NCBI GenBank assembly: GCA_036003845.1
Contig: DASYRX010000159.1
Span: forward strand, 605 to 64,604
Origin: Gemmatimonadaceae bacterium
Lineage (GTDB): Bacteria > Gemmatimonadota > Gemmatimonadetes > Gemmatimonadales > Gemmatimonadaceae
Direction of reading: 5' to 3'
DNA: 64,000 nt
This document shows, piece by piece, positions 47,217 through 55,361 of the stretch; positions within the stretch are counted from its first letter, which is position 1, and every line of letters starts with the position of its first letter. Below the pieces are notes generated by a model. The model searched no databases and had not been told where the DNA came from. It saw nothing but the letters and a program-made list of their open reading frames with translations. The translations under genes and the position numbers were made by a program.

Positions 47217-47930
47217 CTACGCCCGCGTTAGGCGCAGCTCGTCGATGTTCACGTCGCGCGGGCGCGTCACGACCCAGAGCACCGCATCAGCGACAGCCTC
47301 TGCCTGGAGCATCTGTGCCCGCGGCGTGAAGCCGGGGCGGTGATCGGGGTCGATCGGATCCCACAAATCGGTGTCGACCGGGCCCGGCGACACGAGCGAC
47401 GCGCGCACGCCGCTCCCTGCGAGCTCAAGGCGCAGCACCTCGTGCAGCGCGCGGGCGCCGAACTTCGCCGCAGCATATGCACCGTTCTCGGGATACGCCG
47501 CTCGGTCGGCGATTGAGCCGATGCTGACGACATGTCCGTCGCCGCGCGCGCGCATGAGCGGCACGAACGCGTGCAGAAGGATGTACGGCGCACCGAGGTT
47601 GAGCGCCAGCGTCTGCGCAAAATCGACCGGCGACTGCTCGCCGATCCTACCTAACGAGAAGACACCGGCATTGAGCACGAGAATGTCCGGCGCGCCGCCG
47701 AAGGCCTCGAGCACGCGATCGATGAGCTTCGCGATTTGCTCTCCGTCGAGAAGATCGCATGGCAGCGCCAGCGCGCGGTTGCCGATGGATTGCGCGTGTT
47801 CGCGCAACGCGTCCGCCGAGCGTGCCACCAGGGCGACACGCGCGCCATTCGTGCCGAGGGAGCGAGCCGTGGCGAGGCCGATGCCGCGCGAGGCGCCGGT
47901 GACGAGCGCCGCGCGACCCGCCAGCGGCAT
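47217..47930 (-). CDS. SDR family oxidoreductase (start trimmed to MPLAGRAALVTGASRGIG)
   Basis: ORF 47217..48284: TGASRGIG cofactor motif, YAAAKFG catalytic YxxxK. Confidence 0.85.
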   Translation of the reverse strand: MPLAGRAALVTGASRGIGLATARSLGTNGARVALVARSADALREHAQSIGNRALALPCDLLDGEQIAKLIDRVLEAFGGAPDILVLNAGVFSLGRIGEQSPVDFAQTLALNLGAPYILLHAFVPLMRARGDGHVVSIGSIADRAAYPENGAYAAAKFGARALHEVLRLELAGSGVRASLVSPGPVDTDLWDPIDPDHRPGFTPRAQMLQAEAVADAVLWVVTRPRDVNIDELRLTRA

Positions 47931-47935
47931 GTCAC

Positions 47936-48604
47936 TCACCCGAGCGATGCTGGACCGTGCGCCAGGCGCAGGAACTCCTCGCGCGTGCGCGCGTCGTCGC
48001 GAAAAATGCCAGTCAGCGCGGACGTGATCGTCTTGCTGTTCTGCTTCTCCACGCCGCGCATCATCATGCACAGGTGGTATGCCTCGATCACAACGCCGCA
48101 GCCGCGCGGCTTGAGCACGCGACACACAGCGTCGGCGATCTCGCCTGTTAGGCGCTCCTGCACCTGGAGCCGACTGGCGAACATATCCACGATGCGCGGC
48201 AGCTTCGACAACCCGACGATGCGTCCATTCGGGATATAGGCGACGTGCGCCCGGCCGAAGAATGGCAGGATATGGTGCTCGCACAGCGAATACAGCTCGA
48301 TGTCGCGCACCATCACCATGTTATCGTGCTTTTCGTCGAATACGCCGTCGCCCACGACTTCGTCGAGCGTCAAGTCGTAGCCGCGCGTGAGCCACGCCAG
48401 CGACTTGGTGACTCGTAACGGCGTACGCTGCAACCCTTCGCGCTCGGGGTCCTCGCCTAACAACTCGAGCTGACGACGCACCAGCGCCTCGAACTCGGCC
48501 GCAGCCTCGCCGGGCAGGCCTTGTCGCTCGTCGTCATCGTCGCGGTCGTGCGGCAGCACCAAGCCGGCCGCGCGCGCGCTGTCAACGCCCTTCGTATTCG
48601 ACAT
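47936..48604 (-). CDS. folE: GTP cyclohydrolase I
   Basis: ORF track: [42 protein letters not shown]. Confidence 0.93.
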   Translation of the reverse strand: MSNTKGVDSARAAGLVLPHDRDDDDERQGLPGEAAAEFEALVRRQLELLGEDPEREGLQRTPLRVTKSLAWLTRGYDLTLDEVVGDGVFDEKHDNMVMVRDIELYSLCEHHILPFFGRAHVAYIPNGRIVGLSKLPRIVDMFASRLQVQERLTGEIADAVCRVLKPRGCGVVIEAYHLCMMMRGVEKQNSKTITSALTGIFRDDARTREEFLRLAHGPASLG

Positions 48605-48995
48605 AGTTGTTCTCGGTTTCCCAAAGCTTGAGCCTCACCAGCTTTGCCGGCGCGATTCGCGGCTCGAGCACGCGCCAGCATGCGACAATGAAGTGCTCCG
48701 TCGTTGGATTCCTTCCCGCCATAAACGGCACGTCGACGTTGAGGTTCTTGTGATCTACGTGGTCGATCAACTCCCGCCATACGAGATCCCTTAGCAAGCC
48801 GAGGTCCATGACATACCCGCTGCGTGAGTCGATCTCGCCAGTGACGGAGACTTCGAGCGTGTAGTTGTGCCCGTGAAAGCTCGGGTTGTTGCACTTGCCG
48901 TAGAGCGCGCGGTTCTCCTCGTCGCTCAGCGCGGGGTTGTGCACACGATGGGCGGCGTTGAACCGCAGGACGCGAGTGACTGTGGCGATTGGCAT
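48582..48995 (-). CDS. 6-pyruvoyl-tetrahydropterin synthase family protein (PTPS/QueD; start trimmed to MPIATVTR)
   Basis: ORF 48582..49133: [54 protein letters not shown]. Confidence 0.9.
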   Translation of the reverse strand: MPIATVTRVLRFNAAHRVHNPALSDEENRALYGKCNNPSFHGHNYTLEVSVTGEIDSRSGYVMDLGLLRDLVWRELIDHVDHKNLNVDVPFMAGRNPTTEHFIVACWRVLEPRIAPAKLVRLKLWETENNYVEYEGR

Positions 48996-49045
48996 TGCGT
49001 GGCCGTGCAAACTGACACCTAACGGTAGCGCTAGGCACGAAACGA

Positions 49046-49076
49046 AAGAAGCTCCGGTGCTAGACCGGAGCTTCTT
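49046..49076 (-). terminator. 13-bp hairpin with a U-rich tail in the 5' leader of the PTPS-folE-SDR operon (possible attenuator)
   Basis: aagaagctccggt / accggagcttctt with a 5-nt loop. On the minus strand it is followed by TCGTTTCGTG and lies about 50 nt upstream of the PTPS start. Confidence 0.4.
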
Positions 49077-49294
49077 AATAGATGGAACGAAGAGGGATTT
49101 TTGAAGCCCAATAGAAACTGATGAGGCCCGCAACCATATGTTCGTCGTCCCCGCACTGGGGCATGGCGTTCACACAGCGTTTTGGAACCCGCCACTGGAC
49201 TTGTTGGCTCAAAAACTGAGTCTCTTCGCCCCACGTCTTGAGTCGAACCGAATGTAGGTGCAGAATCCGACACCGTCAATTACGATCACACGTT

Positions 49295-49489
49295 ATGGAC
49301 GTCGGCATATTTGTCGCGATCGCGATGCTTCTGGTGTGGGCCGCGGGAACTTTTTTTTCAGAAGCTCCCGGATGGCTGCACCTGCTGCTCACGTTCGGCG
49401 TGTTTCTGCTCATCTGGCGCATTGTTGTTCGCAGCAATGCGCCGAGCAAGGGACGCCCGAAAGAAGGCGCAGGTCACACGCGACGTTAG
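49295..49489 (+). CDS. Small two-TM membrane protein (lmo0937-like), start at MDVGIFVAI
   Basis: ORF 49238..49489: MDVGIFVAIAMLLVWAAGTFF...GWLHLLLTFGVFLLIWRIV. Confidence 0.55.
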   Translation: MDVGIFVAIAMLLVWAAGTFFSEAPGWLHLLLTFGVFLLIWRIVVRSNAPSKGRPKEGAGHTRR

Positions 49490-49500
49490 GACAACAAGTA

Positions 49501-49600
49501 AGGCTGTCGGCTGCCAGCTCACAGAAAGAGAAGCTGTCGGCAGCTGACAGCTACTGTCAGCTTTGGTTCCTCTAAGCTGGTAGCTGACAGCTTTAGTTTT
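49501..49600. repeat. Intergenic CTAAAGCTGTCAGC-family element (copy 3, two sub-copies in inverted orientation)
   Basis: ...gaagctgtcggcagctgacagctactgtcagctttgg...gctggtagctgacagctttagttttt. Confidence 0.6.
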
Positions 49601-49609
49601 TGTTCCGGC

Positions 49610-50590
49610 CTAGATCTCCCAATTCGACAGGATGATGCCGAGCGGCGCGCGGACCTCTTCGTACCCCGCGACGTACATTCGCAGATCGGTCCAGCGTACG
49701 CGCGCGCCTAACGAGATCAGCCGGCGGTAGGCCTCGAGGTATTCGCCCTGCATGCGAATCGCAACGCGGCGCGTGCCGTGCTTGCGGGCCACATCGGCCA
49801 GCGCGTCCACCAACGTCTCGATGCGCGTTTCGTCGTCCAGCACTAATTTGAGCACGCGCAGCTCCTCGCGCGCACGGCCATCGACGAGCGGCGCCACGTG
49901 AAAGACAGCGAACCCGACAACGCGTCCGCCCTCTTCCAGAATCAGTGTGTCGCCGACCCCCAGCTCCTGCGTCAAGCGCATCTCGCGCGAGAAGTCGTAG
50001 CCTGGTAGGAGCGCGTGACTGAGCGAGCGTGCGGCTGCGACGGCGTCATCGCGCGCGGCCGAGCTGAGCGAGCCCAGCGTGCGAGTTTTACGCGTCCCTT
50101 CGTGTGCTTCGACTGTCAGCGTGATCGTTAGGCGGCCCGGGACAAAACCAAGCCGCGAGTAGAAGCCGATGTTGTCCATAGTGCGCGGCATCGTCTCCAG
50201 CCCGATCACGCGCACGCTACGTGTCGAAAGCAGCCGCGTCCCCGCTCGCACGACTTCTTTTCCCACATCGCTCCCCTGCCAATCGGGACGCACCGCGAGC
50301 GGACCCATCCAGCCTTCGACGCCGGATCGGTGCACTACGTTGAACGCCACGATGTCGTCGCGCTCACCGCGCCAGAACATGGCGTCGCCGCCGTCGACGG
50401 CGTCTTCGATCGCATAGCGCCAGATCGCCGGATTGAGACTCGGCACGCGCACACCGACCATGCCGTCGCGCCGGTATCGCTCGGTGAATGCGGTCGAGAA
50501 TACCTCGTTCAGCTCGTCGATGTTAGCGGGCAGGATCCGATGCGGCCCAGAGGCCGAGCGCGTGCCGGGCATCTCACGCGTGCTCGTCAT
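49610..50590 (-). CDS. GNAT family N-acetyltransferase (two-domain)
   Basis: ORF track. Acetyl-CoA-site-like VRPDWQGSDVGKEVV. 4-nt overlap with the sbcC stop. Confidence 0.7.
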   Translation of the reverse strand: MTSTREMPGTRSASGPHRILPANIDELNEVFSTAFTERYRRDGMVGVRVPSLNPAIWRYAIEDAVDGGDAMFWRGERDDIVAFNVVHRSGVEGWMGPLAVRPDWQGSDVGKEVVRAGTRLLSTRSVRVIGLETMPRTMDNIGFYSRLGFVPGRLTITLTVEAHEGTRKTRTLGSLSSAARDDAVAAARSLSHALLPGYDFSREMRLTQELGVGDTLILEEGGRVVGFAVFHVAPLVDGRAREELRVLKLVLDDETRIETLVDALADVARKHGTRRVAIRMQGEYLEAYRRLISLGARVRWTDLRMYVAGYEEVRAPLGIILSNWEI

Positions 50591-53040
50591 TCGCCGACAC
50601 CGGCGGGAATGGCTCCGGCGAAACTCGTTAGGTCCACCTCTTCATTGGGAGTACGCACGCGCGACGCACCCGTGTCCTCGTCGTATTCGACGGTCAGCAC
50701 GCGATCGAGACCGTCGCGCACAGATTCGACGTGCGTGATCACGATCACCTGCTCGAAGCGGTCGTGCAGCCGCCGGAGCAGCTCGACAACCTGCTGCCGT
50801 CGCGCTTCATCGAGTGAGCCGAACACTTCATCGAGCACCAGAAGCGAGAAGTTGAGTCCCGCGCGATCGGCGATCATCTGAGAGATGGCGAGGCGAAGAA
50901 CGAGGTTCGCTAGATCCTCTTCGCCGCCGGACAACACCGTCTTCACACTGCCTTCTTCAAGAACGCGCACGTTGTACTCGTCGTCCAGCTTGAGCTCTGT
51001 ATAGCGATCATCCGTGAGCTGGCCGAGGAAACCACTGGCGATCTCTGACAGTTCGGGGCGCAGCTCGAAATTGAGGTCCGTGCGCAGGTCTGAAAATGCG
51101 CGATCCAGCTCATCATGCAATCGACGGTCGCGCTGCAGCGACTCCAACTGGCGCTGTGCGCGATCGAAGTCGCCTTTCGCAGCCTTGGCGCGCTCTTCTG
51201 CCGCGACGACGGCCTCTACTTCAACAGCCGCGCCGGCGTGCGCGATTTCAGCTGTGCGAAGCTGGGCTGCGATTCGATCATGCGTCTCGCGCAGTTCCGC
51301 GAACTCACGCTCGGAGTAGCGCACAGCGTCGCGGCGCGCGGAAAGAGCGGCGATGCGAGTTCTCAGCTGATCGCGTATTTCGATGACGCGCGCGCGTTCG
51401 TCCGCCAAACCCTGTTCGCGCTCGATCTGGGCTTCGAGACGTGCGGCGCGCTCATTCAAGGGCGCGAACCGGCTCGTCTCGCGCTGCAACTCTTCGTGCC
51501 GCTCCGGATCGTATCCCGTCGGCACGGCCGCCAATTCGGCGAGAATGGTCTCGTGCTGTTGCGACTTGTGATGAATCTCGCGCACCAGCTGATGTCGTTC
51601 GGCGACCGCCGACTGCACACGCGCCAGTTGCCGCTCGAGCCCCTGTACTGATTGTCTGAGTGCGTTGCGCCGCTCGTCGAGCACACGGATGTCGGCCGGC
51701 ATCTCGCCTAACTGTTCGAGTCGCGTGCTATAGTAGCGGCCGTCGACCTTGATCGTTTCCATCTGCTCGTCGAGCTGCTCGAGCACGTCGCGATACGCGG
51801 CGCCCAACGGGCGAGTACAAGTGGGGCACGCGCCTTCTTCACCGAGCTCGACGAGCTTGTCGCGCTGCTCCTGCAACTCTCTGTACTGAGCGCGATACGA
51901 GTCGCGCTTTGTCTCCGCCTCCTGACGGTCACGGACCCATTCTGTGCGGCGCGCCTCGAGATCTCCGTCCGTGTCGCGCTCGAGCCGGCGCTGAGCATCC
52001 AGCTGCTCTGTGAGCGACTCCTCGAGCGCGACTTCATGCTCGATGCGTTCGAGCCGCTCCTTAAATCGCGCCTGATCTTCGGCGAGAACGCGCTCAGTGT
52101 CCGCCAGCGTTCGGCGACGTCCTTCTTCGCGCGCGAGCACTTCGAAGCGCTGGAATTCGTCGGCCAGCGCTGCGAGCGGCGCGATCTCGTGCGCGATGTG
52201 CTCCAGCTCGGTGCGCGCTTCTTCGACTCCAGCCAGCTCGCGTTCGATGCGCTCTTGATCCCGCGCGTGCGCGGCTTCGTCGCCTTCGGCCACGCGCAAT
52301 TCGGCGAGCGTGTCGAGGAGCATCTCGCGTGAACGCTGTGCGTCGACCCAGCGCGGTTCGAATTCCTCGCTCGCGCGGCGCGACGCGTCGAGGGCGTACA
52401 GCGCCTCTTGATAGCGAGTGGCTGCCGTCTGTACTCTCAGCTCCGCCTCGCGCACAGCGCGAGTGATCGCGTCCGCGTCGGGCATTGCACTGCGCAAGCC
52501 TGACGCCTCGGCGATGATTTCGCGGCGCCGATCCCTCACCAAGTCCTGCGCCACGCGCAGGCGCTCATAGCCGAGCACGCGCGAAAGGAACTTCGCACGT
52601 TCGGACGGCCCCATGGCCGCCATCACGTCCAGTTCTTTTTGGCCCGTGAAGTAGGTGTTGAAGAACTCCGTGCGGCTCATTCCAAGCCGGCGCTGCAGAA
52701 GTTCGGTCACACCTGTGATCGACGTCGCGATGGGGCTCGGACTCGCGTCCAGAAACAGTTCGGCGCTCGTTAGGCCGCGACTGACCCGATAGCGGTGTTT
52801 GCCAAGCTCGAAGTCGAGCTCGACGCGCACCGGATCGCGCGGCGCGGCGCGATTGAACCGGATTGAATCACGCGTGCCGCGCGCTGCCGGGTTTCCGTAG
52901 ATGGCCCACGCCATCGCCTCGAGGATCGTCGACTTCCCCGCGCCATTGGGCCCGATGATGCCGGTGAGCCCCGGCCCGAATTCGATCTGCGTATCCGCGT
53001 GCTGGCGGAAGTTCTGGAGGCGGATCGAGTTGAGCCTCAT
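50587..53040 (-). CDS. sbcC: SbcC/Rad50-like AAA ATPase (exonuclease subunit)
   Basis: ORF track: MRLNSIRLQNFRQH...GIIGPNGAGKSTILEA, long coiled coil with a CPTC hook, SGGEE...LLVLDEVFGSLD. Confidence 0.85.
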   Translation of the reverse strand: MRLNSIRLQNFRQHADTQIEFGPGLTGIIGPNGAGKSTILEAMAWAIYGNPAARGTRDSIRFNRAAPRDPVRVELDFELGKHRYRVSRGLTSAELFLDASPSPIATSITGVTELLQRRLGMSRTEFFNTYFTGQKELDVMAAMGPSERAKFLSRVLGYERLRVAQDLVRDRRREIIAEASGLRSAMPDADAITRAVREAELRVQTAATRYQEALYALDASRRASEEFEPRWVDAQRSREMLLDTLAELRVAEGDEAAHARDQERIERELAGVEEARTELEHIAHEIAPLAALADEFQRFEVLAREEGRRRTLADTERVLAEDQARFKERLERIEHEVALEESLTEQLDAQRRLERDTDGDLEARRTEWVRDRQEAETKRDSYRAQYRELQEQRDKLVELGEEGACPTCTRPLGAAYRDVLEQLDEQMETIKVDGRYYSTRLEQLGEMPADIRVLDERRNALRQSVQGLERQLARVQSAVAERHQLVREIHHKSQQHETILAELAAVPTGYDPERHEELQRETSRFAPLNERAARLEAQIEREQGLADERARVIEIRDQLRTRIAALSARRDAVRYSEREFAELRETHDRIAAQLRTAEIAHAGAAVEVEAVVAAEERAKAAKGDFDRAQRQLESLQRDRRLHDELDRAFSDLRTDLNFELRPELSEIASGFLGQLTDDRYTELKLDDEYNVRVLEEGSVKTVLSGGEEDLANLVLRLAISQMIADRAGLNFSLLVLDEVFGSLDEARRQQVVELLRRLHDRFEQVIVITHVESVRDGLDRVLTVEYDEDTGASRVRTPNEEVDLTSFAGAIPAGVGE

Positions 53041-54233
53041 TCCGTTGCGCCCTCGACCGCGGCCGCGAGCGCGCCTTCTTCACGCGCCGTAGCCTCCGAC
53101 AGGTAGCGCATTCCCAACTCGGTGAGCGAGTTGCGATCCACATCCGATGCCAAGGGTCGACCATGCAGCTTGTCGCGGACAATGTCCGCGAGCGAGGCAC
53201 GCCGCCCCTTCGCAGTTCCGCGCTTACCAGCAGTGTCCGGGTGGCGCGCATCGACGTTGAAGTGCAACGCGTCGCGCTTGTACTCGCGCAGGGACTTGTG
53301 GTCCAGCTCACGCGCGATGTGCCTCGGAATCTCGCGGACGACCTGCCTAACAACGGCATCGTGAATCCCGCCGGGCCACGCATCCACATTGCGGCGAATA
53401 GCGACATCTACATCAGCGGCGCTCATGCCGCGCGCATCGATCGGGGGCAAGTCGATGAACGTGCGCAGCCCGCGAATCGGATGAAAAACTCGCGTTCCTT
53501 TCGCGAGATCGAACTCGACGATTCCCTTCCCCGGAATCTTGTGCTGCTTCTCCTCGCGTCGCTCTTGCCAAACGTTTGTGCTCGAGTATTCCAACGACCC
53601 GGAATAGCACGCGTTGGATGCGAGCGGCAGATACACGTGATAGTCGCCGAGGGCGACATAACTCCACCGCTCGGGCGCGATTTTCTGGAGCGGATACTCG
53701 TTGGCGGCGCGATCGCCGTCCGGCTTGATTGGCAGGACACCGGCGACTTCGCCATGCAGCAGGAGAATGTTATGGCGATACGCCGGGTCTGGCTCCAGCG
53801 AGACCTTGTCGGCCGGCATGTCCGGCACCGCGTAGATCGAGAGCCCGCGATCCTCGAACGAAAGACGCTGCGGCTCTCCTTCCACCACATGAATGCCTAA
53901 CGGGGAGAAGAGACGCAGGATGCATCCAGTCTCGACGGAGCGTGGCGTGTCATGGTTCCCGGCGAGCATGACGATTACGGCGTCCGGCAGCTCGCGCGCG
54001 AGGCGCGCGAACGTGGCGTAGGCGAGCAGAATTGCCGGGTTCGACGGCCGCACGCTGTGGAAAACGTCGCCGCCGATGAGCACGATCTCCGGGTCCAGCT
54101 CTATCGTCCGGTCGATCGCACGCTGGAACGCGCGCGCTACATCCGCCTCACGCTGGTTGCCCCGGCCATCGGAGGTCAACCGTTGGAATTGGCGGAAACC
54201 GAGATGTATGTCCGCGAAGTGGATGAGGCGCAT
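53037..54233 (-). CDS. sbcD: SbcD/Mre11-like metallophosphoesterase (exonuclease subunit)
   Basis: ORF track: MRLIHFADIHLG, GGDVFH, LAGNHD, LLHGEV. Confidence 0.88.
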   Translation of the reverse strand: MRLIHFADIHLGFRQFQRLTSDGRGNQREADVARAFQRAIDRTIELDPEIVLIGGDVFHSVRPSNPAILLAYATFARLARELPDAVIVMLAGNHDTPRSVETGCILRLFSPLGIHVVEGEPQRLSFEDRGLSIYAVPDMPADKVSLEPDPAYRHNILLLHGEVAGVLPIKPDGDRAANEYPLQKIAPERWSYVALGDYHVYLPLASNACYSGSLEYSSTNVWQERREEKQHKIPGKGIVEFDLAKGTRVFHPIRGLRTFIDLPPIDARGMSAADVDVAIRRNVDAWPGGIHDAVVRQVVREIPRHIARELDHKSLREYKRDALHFNVDARHPDTAGKRGTAKGRRASLADIVRDKLHGRPLASDVDRNSLTELGMRYLSEATAREEGALAAAVEGATE

Positions 54234-54328
54234 GCCACTGTGAGCCTGTTCTAATAGAACAGCTGCTCTCGAGCCAAATTAACGCGGCGTAGGGCTTTAG
54301 ACAGCCTGCCGACGCCATTTGTTCAGCG

Positions 54329-55282
54329 TCAGTAGACCTGCACCCACTGGGAGATTTTCATCCACATCCTGACCGAGCTCCCGGGCGAAGTGGTCTCTTG
54401 GAGCAGGGAGCGCGAGATCACGCTCGTGCGCACATCCGTGATCCAGCCACGCGTGCGGTCGATCACCATGCTGCCGGTAATCGAGCCGCTCGTGGAAAGC
54501 ACGGCGCTGCGCTGTTTGCCACTTCCCCCAGTCCCCGAGGCACCGCGATTGGCCCCGTATGGGACGTTCGTGCTGCGTGCTAGACGCCCCGTCAGCGAGA
54601 TGTAAGCGATGTCGCCGCCCCGACTCACCGAATCGAGCCTGAACGTCCCTGAGAGGGCGGCAGAGCCCCCAGGGTCGGTGGGACCGGCGACAGGAATTTC
54701 CATCGTCCGTACCCAGCTCTGTCCGATCTCCACGGGATCACTCGGCAGGGTGGCCGGCATCTGCGTCATGGCATTCCGCAGCGGGAGCGCATAGGCGTCC
54801 TCGGCGACCTTCGTTGCGCCATCCGGCGCGACGTGCAGACGAACGCGGCGCCCCTCGGCGGCGCGCGCAGCAGCTTCGAAGGGACCGCGCGGGCCAGCGC
54901 TGTTCGTTAGGCGAACGGAATCGGTAATGGCGGTGACGTCGGCGCCGTCCAGGTCTGTCGCTTCGACCGCGATACGTGTGAAGACGAGCAGTCCGCTGCG
55001 CTCATGCGACGTGCTATCGGCGGCCGGCTTTCCGACGCCCGCCTTCTCGTGAAGGTGCGTTCCTTCGAACTCTGTCGTTTGCTCCACCCGCAAACGCAGC
55101 GTGTCGCCCGCTCGCGGGCGCAGTTGCAAGGAATAGCGCTGAGCCACGGCTTCGAGCGGGACGCTGCCTAACGCGAAGGCGCAGCCGAGCGCGGCCGCAG
55201 CCAAGCGGCCCGCGCGACCGGCGCGCCTGAAGCGCCGGGTTCCCGTCAGAGTTGTTGTCAGAAGAGACGCCACCAATCGCAC
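54329..55282 (-). CDS. Secreted hypothetical protein (start trimmed to the GTG at 55282)
   Basis: ORF 54329..55618. Signal-like RRFRRAGRAGRLAAAALGCAFALGSVPLEAVAQ. The longer ORF would overlap the divergent gene. Confidence 0.5.
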   Translation of the reverse strand: MRLVASLLTTTLTGTRRFRRAGRAGRLAAAALGCAFALGSVPLEAVAQRYSLQLRPRAGDTLRLRVEQTTEFEGTHLHEKAGVGKPAADSTSHERSGLLVFTRIAVEATDLDGADVTAITDSVRLTNSAGPRGPFEAAARAAEGRRVRLHVAPDGATKVAEDAYALPLRNAMTQMPATLPSDPVEIGQSWVRTMEIPVAGPTDPGGSAALSGTFRLDSVSRGGDIAYISLTGRLARSTNVPYGANRGASGTGGSGKQRSAVLSTSGSITGSMVIDRTRGWITDVRTSVISRSLLQETTSPGSSVRMWMKISQWVQVY

Positions 55283-55361
55283 GTCCCCACTACACCCGCG
55301 GGAGACGGTTGCTCCCAACTTCCGCGAGCCGCACGCATGCGGCTGGTATCGCGTCGGAGGG

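Noticed and set aside
49031-49279. An 82-aa minus-strand ORF, and tRNA/tmRNA-like GGTTCGACTC in the PTPS leader.
   Set aside because: The ORF is not protein-like. I could not fold a T-arm or acceptor stem around the GGTTCGA motif, so no RNA gene call is justified.
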